DNA of 64,000 nt from Phaeosaccion multiseriatum (taxonomy: Eukaryota > Protista > Ochrophyta, other classes), in assembly GCA_965112735.1 (NCBI GenBank), contig OZ218953.1:3658001-3722000 (forward strand), read 5' to 3'. Of the stretch, positions 48,810-60,903 are shown piece by piece. The notes under the pieces were generated by a model. The model was not told where the DNA came from. It made no database searches and saw only the letters and a list, made by a program, of their open reading frames with translations. Made by a program: the position numbers and the translations under genes. Each line of letters begins with the position of its first letter. Position 1 is the stretch's first letter.

Positions 48810-49951
48810 GTCTACCCACCAGTCTGCTTGCCTGCCTGTCTACCTGCCTGTCTACCTTCCTGCCTGCCTGCCTGACGATCCCTCCCCCCCTCTTTCCCCT
48901 CCTTCCTCAGGTGACGCAAAAGAGCTCCACCAGCGGCGCCGCCCTCCGTGAGGTGTTGCAGTGGGCTTGCCTTGCCGCGGGCAGAATGGTGTTCAACGCC
49001 GGGGCCGACAACAGCCTAGGCCTCGCCAGCTTTGTCTCCGCGGGGCTCAGCGCGAGCCTCGGGAGCGTTCTTAGAAGCTTCCACGACCGGGACATTGAGC
49101 TTGCCCTGGCCGCTGTGGGTGCGTGCGCGGTGGTACTTCGCAGCCTTAGCGAGTCGCACCCCCAGAGCCTGGACTCGCAATTTGACACGACACATGCCGG
49201 AAGTGTATTGTCCAGCTCCCTCTCGCTGGACCACGGATGGGGCAGTGAGGCATTTGCGCCCTTTGAGGCCCCAGGATTTCTGCGCGCATTGGTGGAGTTT
49301 GCGGACTCCGCTCCGGGGTGTGTGATTGTGCAGAAGCACTGCTTCGGGGTTGTGGCGGACCTCTGCAAGAGGAAGGAGGCAAACAGGTGCGAGGGGAAGA
49401 GAGGGAAAGAAAGAGGCACGACAGAGAGCGTGTATGTATGTATGTATGTATGTATATATATATATATATGTGTGTGTGTGTTTGTGAGTGTGGGCTTGTG
49501 CGTCCGCGTGTGTGCCCGTGTTAGTCAGCGTCAGCATCTCTACTTCGAGCGGGGAGGAGCTGGACAGCCTTTGTGCGTTGCGTCGCCTTACGCCCACCGA
49601 CTCCCTCACTTGCCCCCCGCCTTCCTTCTCTCCACCTGGTGCGCGCACACACACACACGCACACACACACATACACACACACGCACACACACACACGCAC
49701 ACACACACACGCACACACACACGCGCACACACACACGCGCACATACTCACTGGCCTCCTCCCCAGGCACCTGCTCGCTAACTCTGTGGAAGGGCTTGTGC
49801 GCGGCCTCGCCATGGGACACCGTACAGATGACCTCGACCTGCAGGCAAGGGCATATTGGCACATACGCACGCGCTTGCTTTGATTCTCAAACTCTTTTGC
49901 ATTCACCCTCACCCTCACCGTCACCCTCACCCTCACCGTCACCCTCACTCT

Positions 49952-49984
<33 letters not shown>

Positions 49985-49987
49985 CGT

Positions 49988-50078
<91 letters not shown>

Positions 50079-50079
50079 T

Positions 50080-50128
<49 letters not shown>

Positions 50129-50161
50129 CGTCACCCTCACTCTCACCCTCATCCTCACCGT

Positions 50162-50224
<63 letters not shown>

Positions 50225-50271
50225 CCAGACCCTCACCCTCACCCTCACCCAGACCCTCACCCTCATCCTCG

Positions 50272-50334
<63 letters not shown>

Positions 50335-50385
50335 TCACCCAGACCCTCACCCTCACCCTCACCCAGACCCTCACCCTCATCCTCG

Positions 50386-50420
<35 letters not shown>

Positions 50421-53400
50421 CCCCTCATCCTCACCCTCACCCTCGCCCTCACCCTCACCCTGAGCCTGAGCCTGACCCTCACCCTGAGCCTGACCTTCAC
50501 CCTGAGCCTGACTCTGCCCCCCTCCCCTGCCCCCTGCCGCCCCCCCCTCCCCAGTTGGTGTGCTGTCAGTCTCTCTGCAGCTTGGCTGAAGCCCCCGGTA
50601 TTGCGCGTCGTCTGGCCCAAGCCCCATTCCAAGCCACATCAGGAGGAGGAGCTTCATTATCAGATTCAGGCTCAGTCGCCTCGAACACGACCACCCCCAC
50701 CTCGTTGTTGTCTCTGTCAGCGGTGCCCGCCCTGTTCCGCGCCATGCGTTCCCGACCCCGTGAGCACGACATTATTCTGGACTGCCTCACCGCACTGCAC
50801 CTCATCGGCAAAGCCTACCCCACCGTCTGGAGAGAGATGAAAGACAACGAAAACCCCCATCCGCACCCGCAGCCGTACCCGTTCCCGTCGGAGGGATCGA
50901 AAAGACCACACTCGAGGAGCAGCGGAGCGAGCTTGGGGTCGGACGCGGTGACCTTTGGGTCCTCTAGGCAACAGGAGCTGCCCGCCCTCCCTGTGACCGA
51001 GTCGGCGCTGGAGGCTCTGTTGGGGGCACTCAATGTGTTCGGGGCGGATCGGGCAGTCACCGCACTCGCGGCGGAGGTGTTCGCGGGGGTGGTGGAGGGT
51101 TCCGTCCGGGAAGTTGAAGTTGAAGTAGTGGATGGACAGCCGTTACAGCCGCCGCCGCGTTCGTCGCCGTCGGAGTCGGGGGCAGGAGGGGCAGAGGAGG
51201 CAGAGCAGGTGAGAGGGGAAGGGGAAGCAGAAGTTCTCCACGTCCATGGGCCTTCTCTTCCTCCTCCTCCTCCTCCTCCACGCACGGCCTGGGTGACTTG
51301 CCTGGATGTGCTGGACGCGTATGAGTGCGCGCGTTTGGTGGTAAGGGTTTTGAGGGCCAACCCCAACAATGCCCAAGTTCAGCAGGCCGGGTTGGCGGCA
51401 GGGACGGCGCTGCTTGCGGCAGAGGCAGTGATTGAGGATCAGAGAGAGAGAGAGCGGGTGGAGGCGGAGGTGGAAGGGGAGGGGGATCAGTGGAGTGATG
51501 TGGACGAAGAAGAAGAAGAAGAAGAAGAAGATGATGATGAGGAGGAGGGGGAGGAGGAGGGAGGCGCGGGGCAAGCAGAGGGAGGACGAAAAGACGACAA
51601 AAGAAGACGTCCGTCCTCCCGATCAAGCTCCCGACCAGGTTCCAGACACAGCGCCACCTCCAGCGCCACCGGTACCTCGGAGAGAGGCGACGGCACCGCT
51701 CAACAATGGGAAGCGGAACAAGTGGAAGCAGGCTTCGGCTCGGAGCTGACACGCGCAGGCTTCTGCGAGCTCCTGCCGGGCATCTTGCACGCCTTCCCTA
51801 GGCACAGAGAGCTTCGATTGGCCACGGTGCGCTGCATGGGGGCCCTTGCGCATGTTGGGAAGGGCCACGGCTTGGCCAGTGGGGAGGAGGCCTTGCAACG
51901 CATTGTGGACAGCGGAGGGTGTGAGCAGGTGCGTGCGTGTGTGCGTGTGTGCGTGCGTGTGCGTGTGTGTGCGTGTGTGTGTGCGTGTGTGTGTAAAGCT
52001 CATTGAACATGTGTGTGTGTGTGTGTGTGTGTGGCAATCCCGCCCCATCCTCTGCATACCCTTCCCCCCCCCCCTCCCTCCCTGCCACCGACCCACTGCC
52101 ATCCACTGCCATCCATCGCCTCCTCATCGCAGGTGGTGAAAGTGGCAAAGGCCTTCTCTCTGGACTGCGAGGCGGTGATGGTGTGCCTCTCCACCCTCTG
52201 TATCCTCTGCGAGGAGGGCGGGGAGGAGGCAGTGCGACACTTTGGCGCCGCAAAGGGCTGTCAACTTGTCTTCGATGGGCCTTATTACTTTCCTGACAGC
52301 CGAGACATGGCGCTTCAGGCGTGTCGAGCGGTGAGGGCATTGGCCTCGGGTACCGGTGGGCCCTCCCTCCTTAACAGAAGGCAGCTCGTGGACCTGGGCT
52401 GCTGTCAAGAGCTAGTGCTGACGGTGCGGGACTGGGGGGGGGACTTGGAACTGCAAACTTGCGCGCTGAGGGCCGTGAGGGCATTGTTTGAGGCTGGGGC
52501 AGGGCAGCCGAACGTCACGGCTATTGCCAGCACGTCCACAGCCAACACCGCACAGGAAGGGGCGGGGGGTGGGGGAGGCGGGGGAGGGGCCAAGGACCGG
52601 GCGGGGCAGATCATCGTCAAGACCTTGCTGTATTGGATGGATCTGGTGCCAGCGAAGCAGAGAAGGAGTAGGAGGTTGCGACGACGAGTCCACGCATCGG
52701 AGAAGGAGGAGGTGAAGGAGGAGGAAGAGGAAGAAGACTCTTTGGAAGAGCTGCTGCAAGAGGGCTGCCTCTGCCTGAGTCTAATCCTGCAGCACCCGTC
52801 CCCCCTCGTGTGGAAGTTCTGGGGCAATGCGTGGGGTGTGTCGCCCTCCGGGGTGGTGGGCATCAAGGCCGTGTCCGAGTCATTGGTGAGGGCCATGCGG
52901 AGACAAAGGGCCAACGGAGCACTGCAGCTCGCCGCCTGTCGGGCATTGACTTGCATTGCCAGGGACAGCAACAGTCGCCTCGTGGTGGGGCAGAGCGGAG
53001 GCTGCGACGCGGTGTTGCTCGCCTTGGGGGACTTACCGCACTCGGCTGCACTTCAGGAGACGGGGTGGCTGGCGGTGTCTTCGCTGGCGGCGCTGAGCGG
53101 CTTCAATCGCATCGTTCTCGGAGCCTTCCCTCCCGTCCCCTCCTCCTCCCCCTCCTCTTCTTGTGCTTGTCTTGATAGTGCTGTCGAATCTGAGGCGGAC
53201 TCCTCGTCGGACTGCTTCTCTTTGCTTGTGCAAGCGTGGAGGCTCTTCTCCTCCCGCCAGGGCGTTCAACGAAGTTGTTGCATGGCCTGCGCAAACCTCT
53301 GCAGCGATGGAGATCCGTCGGACAACACGCACAAGCTCGTCAAGGCAGGGGTACTTCCTCTGCTGGTGCGCTCTCTGGAACTCTTCCCTAATTGCGAGGA

Positions 53401-54932
53401 CCTGACCTGCGCTGCTTTGACGAGCCTGGCCAAGGTGGCGGTGGGTGGGTATAGGGGAAGGGTGTGGGACACGCCCTGCACGCTCCTTCGGTCGCCTGAC
53501 GGGCACGGGCACCAGCCGAAGAAGAACCAACGGCCACAGCAAGAAAGGCAGGGGCAGGGACAGGGGCAAGGGCCGGGCAGCCAAGGAGGAGGAGGAGGAC
53601 TCGCGGCTACATCCCTCGTATCATTTCGTGGTGCTGCTCCCCCGCACCACGCTCACCGCCACTCCCACTCCCACCATGCCATGGGAGGCAACGGTGACAT
53701 GTCGTGGGCGGTGGTGCGTGTGATGGAGCTGTGGGGTCGGGACCTGGACATACAGCACTGGGCCTGTGCGGTGTTGAGGGAGCTCTCGGCTCGCTCGGAG
53801 AACATTCCCACACTCGAGGACGCGGGGGCCATCACCGCCATAATCGGACTTCTTGCCACACTCACGGGGCAGGAGGAGGGAGGAGGAGATCCCTTTGGCA
53901 GCGGAGGTACAGGCGACACGGGGAGGGGACAGGCTGCTGTTGCTGCTGCTGCTGCTGCTGCAGGTGGTGCTGTTGCTGGTGGTGGTGGTGGTGAGGAGGC
54001 AAGTCGAGAAGGGGGCAGGAAGCGCGCCCTCATGTATCAGGCCGCCGCCTGTCTCCTTAGCGTGAGTCAGGGACTCATTGCGAGGCGGCGCTTGGTGCAG
54101 GAGGGGGCAGGCTTTTCTGTGGTGCTACTCATGGCCACGGATGTGAGTGACGTGGCGCTTCAGCGGCTCGGACTGGCGTGTCTGGCCAGTCTGGGGGCAC
54201 AGAACGAGGACAATCGCATGAGGCTCGCGGAACACGCGGAGGAGACCGCCGAGGTGCTTGTGGCTGCCCTGCGCGCCCACCGGGGGGACCCGAGGGTGGA
54301 GGAGGACGGCGCGCTGGCGGTGAGCAACTTGAGTGCCGTGAGGAAGGAGGCGGTGGCGCTGGTGGAGGTGGGGTGTGTGGCGGTCTTGTTGGACTCGTTA
54401 GGGGCAAGGGCGGCGGCGAGGGAGGCCAGGGACGGGGGCGAGTGTCCCATGCAGCAGTTTCAGATTTTGCAGCAGATACGCAGGCAGCACGTGGACCATC
54501 ATCAGAGACAGCAGCATCGGGGGGGGAACGGCAGTGGACGGCACCACAGCACAAGCAGCGGCGGTGTTGGACACAGTGAGGAAGTGTTGTGCGTGTACGC
54601 GCAGGGGGGCAACAACAACGACGAGGACGTGGTACGCATGAAGCAGCAGCGGACAGACATTGCCACCCTCACCAGTTTACTGTACGGACTCGGAAACCTT
54701 GTGCGTGTCAGCAAGGAGAGCGCCGACGAGGTGGTGCTGAAGGGCGGCTGCGAGGCGATGGTCAAGGCCATCCGAAGCTACCCGCACGACCTCGGTCTAC
54801 AGGAGGCGGGCTGTAGGGCCATAGCAGCTGTCGCCGAGGTGGGTCCGGTGGGATGGCAGTGGATGGGGGGCGAGCGAGATCGCGAAGGAGGGTAGGGTCG
54901 CGTGGGTGCCTGCTGAACGAGACTCCCGCTGT

Positions 54933-54963
<31 letters not shown>

Positions 54964-56062
54964 TTCTTTCACACCGCGATGGCCGGCTTGCCTTGACTTG
55001 AGCTAAGCTAGAGGAACAAGGCAGCTGGGTCTGTCTGACTGGGCTGGAAGGCGCCACTACCCCGGGGCCTTCCGCCACCAACCCTACCCCCCCCCCCTAC
55101 CCACCACTCACGACGCACATCTCCTCCTCCTCCTCCTCCCGCAGAGCTCGGACCGCAACCGCAGAACAGCAGGCTCTGTGGCTGGTGGCTGTGACGTGAC
55201 AATGCGCGCCTTCGGCTTCTTCCGCCGCGATGAAGACGTGCAACAAGCCGCGCTTGCCAGCATTGAGGCCCTCGCGGAGGGAGAGGGGGAGGGGGGAAGG
55301 GCCAACAGGCAGCTCCTCTGGACCATGAACGCACTGCCGCTCTTGCACCATACGGTACGGAGGGAGGAGGAAGGAGAGGGGAGGGAGGAGGGAGGAGGGC
55401 GGCAGCAGTGGGTTGTGTGCAACAGAAAGCTCGGAGGGTGTGCATACGCCTTGTTTGAGGCTCACTCTGGACTGTATTTCCGTCCGTGTCTCTTTCTATC
55501 TTTCTCCCTCTCTTTCTCTCTCTCGCTCTCTCTCTCCCTCTCTGACTGACTCTCTCTCTGGTCGGTGCCTATACATACATTCTCTCTCTCTCTGCTCTCT
55601 CAGCTGGACCTGTTCCGCGATGAGTCATCAGTGGTGGTGAAGGCTCTGTCCGTGCTGCGCTGTCTGCTCGCCGACGAGCACCACTGCCCCTCCCACTCCA
55701 TCACCACCCTCCCCAGCACCAGCAGCAGCAGCAACGACATGAACAACAACACTAACAACAGCAAGAGCAACGCGGGCCTCAGCGGCATCAGTCGGGAGAA
55801 GGCCATGGCCCGGCACATCGGAGCCGTGTTGGTCATCATGGAGAAGAATCAGAGCCGCGAGGTGGTCATGGCCTGCCTCGACACGCTGCACGACCTCCTC
55901 GATGTTCCCCTTGGCAAGGGGGCCCTCCTCCTGCCCGCGCCTCTAGAGAGCCGTAGTAGCAGCAGCAGCAGTGTGTCCCTGCCGTCCCTACCGCAAGTCG
56001 ACTCCCCTCCACCGGCGGCCCGCTCGTCCATGCACCGTGGCTCCTCCACGACGGCAATGAGT

Positions 56063-56096
<34 letters not shown>

Positions 56097-56476
56097 CTAG
56101 CAGTAGTGGTAGCCTAAATGTCCGTAGTGAGAATGGCAAGCCCCCCTCGGAGACGCGAAGGCCGAGCCGGAACGGGCTGCTGACCGGGCTGGCAGGGAGT
56201 CGTAGGGGCAGTCAAGAGCTGCCGCCGCCCCCAGGTGGAGGAGGAGACGCACATGAGAAGCAAGAGCAGGGGCAGGAGGGTCAGGAGGGTCAGGAGGGGC
56301 AGGAGGGGCAGGGAGAAGGGAAGGAGGCGCAGGGCACTATTGTACAGAGAGTGCTGGCGGCCAATGTCTCTTACGCAGTCAGAAGGGTCCTCAAATTCCA
56401 CCCAAAGGACAGGGACATGGCGGTGCTCTGCAAGAGGGTGGATAGGTACGTCAACACGACGCCCGTCTTGGTATGA
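40435..56476 (+). CDS. Giant multidomain protein (~3,800 aa, ~17 exons): N-myristoylation motif, SAM-like, TIR-like, ARM repeats, coiled coil, four EH (Eps15-homology) domains, long ARM-repeat C-terminal region
   Basis: Exon 1 40435-40506 (MGSSGS...) splices to 40631-42127. Later exons start at 42375, 42753, 43162, ~43821, 44204, 44537, 44964, 46460, 47935, 48911, 49766, 50555, 52133, 55145 and 55604, and the frames join. EH signatures Y...F..LD.D..G.LS, L..VW.L and F..AFHL....K.G..VP..LP..L occur four times. ARM signatures such as D..LQ..AC.AL..LA and GGC..V recur. The SAM and TIR calls are pattern-based. Confidence 0.8.
49903..50512. repeat. Intronic (CCCTCA)n / (TGAGGG)n telomere-variant hexamer array, ~100 units
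   Basis: Directly visible, with variants CCGTCA, CTCTCA, CCCAGA and CCCTGA. It lies in the intron 49845-50554. Confidence 0.95.
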
Positions 56477-56649
56477 GCTGAGCTGAGCTGAGCTGAAATG
56501 AACTGAACTGAACTGAACCTCACGCCTGACTTGGAGTCGGGTGTGGGGTTGGTTTGGTGGCAGAGGCGGGAGGGCGGCTGCGAACATCGATAGCATACAC
56601 CCATGTTCATAAACGACTAACGATTAGAATACATGTACTGGCTTACTCC

Positions 56650-57936
56650 TCACGCCACTAACGAAGCTTCCTTCGAGGGCGGGGGGCGGGCAGTGAGGCT
56701 CAGTTCTGCCCCCCTACGACATGGAGCCACCGCCCCCTGCTCCTCGCCACCGTCAGACATCATCAGCAGGTCCTCCTCCAGAGAGCCGGAGAGGAGGTCG
56801 GCTGACTCGGGCTCTCCTCCTGCAGCGTGCTCATCCTCTTCACCGGGCCCGACCGCACCATAGTCCAGCTCTTCACGCCCTCCTCTCCCCCCTCCTTGTA
56901 GACCTCCTCCTCCTCCTCCTCCTCCTCCTCGTCCTCCTCCTGGTTGTCTGCTCCACCTTGTGCGCAAAGTCGGTATCACATGCCCCACTCTCGCAAAGAA
57001 GAACACCACCGCTCCAAGCATGGCACACAGCTGCAGCAAGACCACGCTGGTGTAGAACCATCCATCTTTCCAGACCACCGGACGGTGCCGTCCACTCCCC
57101 CGCCCGCTGCCCCCCGCCCCTCGCCCCGGCGCCTCTGCGGGGAGGGCCTGCCCACTGAAGGCCTCGTTGTAGTTCCTTTTGGATTCCTCGCTCAGCAGTA
57201 TCACCACGTCCCTCTGGGCGAGCAAGGCAATGTCGAGCTCGTCTGCCTCGCCCAGCAGCCCCGCCGCCCCCCCTGGGTATCTGTCCAGCAGAGAGAGGGT
57301 CTCGGAGAGGGAGCGGGGTTTGCCATCGAGGTCGCACAGCGGCGGTGCTGCATTAAAGGCGTCACCGAGTGAACGGTCGCCCGATGCTCCACCGCTGTCG
57401 CTGCCGCCGCCGCTGCCGTTCAGGGCCTTGGCAAAGGAGGAGAAGAGCTGTGGGCTCTTGCTGTTCATGTACATCAATGCGATGACCCCCCCTCCGACTC
57501 TCTGAGCCTTATCATCGGACCCGGGCATACCCAGGCGCAGGAGCAGGGCGAGCGACTGTTCCGAGGCCGCCGTGGACTCCCCTCGGAGTGAGGGGCCTTC
57601 TCCTGCTTCTTTGCGAGCCATTGTCGTGGAGGGAGTAGTGCCGCCGCCACACCTACGAGAGAAAAGAATGGCAAAGCGCGCAACGTCATCCGCATTAGCT
57701 AGCTTTTGCTTCAATCGGCTTAGCGCGCCACCGCGTTTCTAACGTGTCTCACCTCATGACAACGGCTGAGTCAAAGTGGACAGCACCAATGTGGGTTTCG
57801 CACATGGTAACGGAGGGAGTCAATCCCCACGCCAGAGTGCCCCACGAAACTGCGGCGCCCTCCTCATCTCCGTAGCGAGCAAAGCTCAGAGCCAAGGCCA
57901 GATTGACCACCGTGCCACAGTTGTCTGTGTGTGTGT

Positions 57937-58003
<67 letters not shown>

Positions 58004-58359
58004 CATCAAGAAGTAGCGTAAGAGAAAAGAGGAAGGAAGGAAGATTTCACCCGCGCTTGCCTGGCTCTGGCAGGAAGGAGTCCGAGGTGAAAAGCCCCCC
58101 ATCCGGGAGCGAAAACCTCATCAAGGGCCTCCTCCTTAAGTGGCGGCTGCTGCTGCTGCTGCTGCTGCTGCTTCTCCTCCTGCGGGGTGAGAAGGAAACC
58201 GAGGCTGTCGAAGGTCACCCCAGCCGCAGGAGTACCAGCTTGGACTCGCAACAGCGCGAACGTGGACGCATCCGCAACGTCAGAGCGTCTTACTCCCGCA
58301 GTAGCAATCGCGTTTGGCAGTAGCAATGCTTGCCACAAGAGCCGGCCCCACAGCATCAT
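56650..58359 (-). CDS. Hypothetical single-pass membrane protein; 5' structure unresolved
   Basis: The terminal exon (~57652-56650) has a TM segment WFYTSVVLLQLCAMLGAVVFFFA and an acidic tail. An upstream exon ~57924-57753 splices in frame. A signal-like MMLWGRLLWQALLLPNAIA lies near 58359, but I could not join it in frame with a single canonical intron. Confidence 0.55.
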
Positions 58360-58777
58360 GGAGAGGATAGAGTTGTGTGCCGAGCGGGAACAAAAGGACA
58401 TGTTCACACAGTCTTACTTACGCACTTCTTAGGGGTAAAAGACGCCCCCTGGTTCTGTCCACTGTATGTCTAGACCAGGCTGACCACACGCTTGTTGGAC
58501 GCTCACGTCGGTAGTGGCTCAGGTTGTTCGTCTTTAGACGGGGCTTCCCTGGACGGGACGATCAAGGGCTAGTAGCTTACGGAAAAAAATTTACTTGGCT
58601 CTTCAACCCTCCTTCCTCCTCCTACTACTTCATTTTGAACATTTGACTGCTGGTACATGTGTACGAACTGAGCAAGTACGCCACTGGACATGCCGCCCGG
58701 CCCAGCTGATGACCAGCGTACACCCCTCGAAACCACCCGAGCTTGCTTCGCCCGAGCTTGCTTGACCCGAGCTTGCT

Positions 58778-60066
58778 TCACACCGCCGAAGGTGGCGCAG
58801 GCTGCTGAAGAGCCTGCTGCCGGGTGCCCATCACGGGCTGAAGAAGCTCGCTCTCGCGGTCCAGCACCTGGGCCTGGGGAGAGAGAGAGAGAGAGGCGAG
58901 GGGGGGGGAGCGTGGCAGCGTGCGCGCGTGCATGGGTGCGTGAATGAAGCACCACCTCTCACACACACCCTGCTATACCGCTCTCTGCGACTTGCTCCAC
59001 CGCGCACCTTGGGCCCGGCGAGGCTCTCCTGATAGTTGAGCTCCGTATCCATCTGAGCTGTCATACAGCCGGACGTGCAGCAGAACACGATCTGTCCGCA
59101 GCATTCCAGGCAGCGGGACAGGTCCTTCAAGCGTTCGTCGAAGAGCGCGAGGCAGTGGCACACACAGCTGAGCAGCTGCACGAAGTTGTTGAAGCGGATG
59201 ATGCGGTTGTCCCATTTGTCAGGCTGCAGGCGGTATTTGTCCATGCTGAAAAGGAGAGAGAGGGCGAGAGAGAGAGGGATGACGAGCGCACTCACTCACT
59301 CACTCACTCACTCATTCATTCATTCACTCACTCACATGTACATTCTGTTAGCGGAGAGAGCGCAGCTCAGGCAGCAGCAGCTCTCCAGACAGAGGCACAG
59401 CGTTGGGCAGGTCTTCTCGCCCATATGGCCAGGCCTGCAGCACAGACAGCCACCAAAATAGTTTTGGCAGCACTCGTAGCGTGTCATATCCTTCTCGAGC
59501 AGCCTCCTCCTGATAAGACACTGTGAAAGCGGCCCACACAGGCTTCCGAACAGGCACGCTGAAGGAGAAAGAAGAGGAAGAGACGCCAAGCAGAGGTGAG
59601 TCGTGCTCGGAAAAGAACCAAACATGGTTTCTGTGCAGAGCCTTTCCCTCCTTTCTTCACTCTCCTCACACTCCTGTACCACGTACCACACGGGTTTCTG
59701 CAGCATGACTTGTTCATTCCCACCTACGACATGCGGAGCAGAGGGAGAGTATGGAGAGAGGACACGAGGGTCAAGAGCGAGTTATAAAAAAAGGCGCTCC
59801 CATCGCCAGGCGGCGCAGCATCATACGGCGCGCTCCGGCGTGAGAAGAGTACGAAGGCTGCGAGCATCATACGGCGGACTCCGGCGGGTAGAAGAGAAGG
59901 AAGGCTGCGAAGGGAGAGGAGGTTATGGGGGGGGGGGGGGAAGGCTTCTCTTCTGCCCGCTCTCCTCCTCATCGCGAACCTGAAACAAGTCTGGGTTTGT
60001 GTAGTAGACCGAAAGGGGAGAGTCGTCCACAGGGGAGTCCCTAAAGCAAATGAGACAGCACGCCAT
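58778..60066 (-). CDS. PLAC8/DUF614 cysteine-rich protein
   Basis: Exons 60066-59980, 59723-59687, 59558-59336, 59245-59008 and 58873-58778 are in frame. Motifs: RRRLL..DMTRYECCQ.Y, GE..CP.LCLCLES.CC..CA.SANR, LQPD.WDNRII.F and GCMTAQ...EL. Confidence 0.88.
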
Positions 60067-60903
60067 GGTAGAGACGCTGGAAGTGTAGTAGTAGTAGGAG
60101 GAGAAAGGAGGAAAAAGGGTTCGTTTTTGTTGACATAATTACGCGTTCTGCAATCCTCTGTCTGGCCTTGTGAACAAGGCCTCGGTGCCGCTCTTTGGCT
60201 GTGATTCTCTGAAGCTCGCTAACACTGGCATTGGCGGTCCTCCGGGCTCGGCCTGCTCTGTTGAGCAAGAGAAGAGGTGTGCCCAGCCAGAGCACCCGGG
60301 TGCTCGACCTGCTGGAGACTGGTCACGAGCATCAGCGGTAGAGGGTACGATACACCTGCATCCTCAGGTCTCCGTCGTGTCATGTACACCTCCGCTGCTT
60401 GCTTTTGCTCCATTGCGGGTGGTTGGTCACCGCCCCTCTCCCTGCTCTCCCCGGTTGCTGCCGTTGCTGGCTACAACCACCCGCATCTCGCCAAGCTCTA
60501 ATACCCCACCAGTCTGCCGGTGGGAACGCTGCTCCTCTTGCAGGCATTCGCTCTTAACCCCCATCGCCTCTCCTGCGGCTGCTCTGGCTCGGCACCTTGT
60601 CGATCGATGCTCGTGTCATGCTACAGCCTCTGAGGGAGAAAACACATGCGCACATGCGGTGAGCCTCCTCTCCATCTGCTGCCTTCGACGGCAGGCCGGG
60701 AAGAGGCCGGGGAGGCGGGCAAGAGGCAGACAGGATATCTTCCCTCCCTCCCCGACTCGAATTGGGGCTTGCACGGAAGGCGCTGCTCCATCTGAATGAT
60801 GAGCGTTTCAAGTGAAGACACCACTGTGCCGCTGAGCAAGGGGTGGGGTTCATTCACGCCTGAATGCGTGTGTTGGTTCCCGCAGGGGCTTCAATCTCTT
60901 TGC

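Noticed and set aside
49016-50657. Poly-HP, poly-SP, poly-RV and poly-GE ORFs suggesting a His-Pro metal-binding protein or an extensin
   Set aside because: All frames of a stop-free hexamer array are open; the flanking ARM exons splice across it.
56474-56520. (GAGCT)n/(GAACT)n pentamers reminiscent of immunoglobulin switch repeats
   Set aside because: A short 3'-UTR microsatellite in a repeat-rich non-vertebrate genome.
57718-57752. Apparent 34-nt intron that would keep the frame
   Set aside because: A stronger acceptor with a branch-like GCTAAT and a pyrimidine tract at ~57653 gives the same frame with a normal ~100-nt intron.
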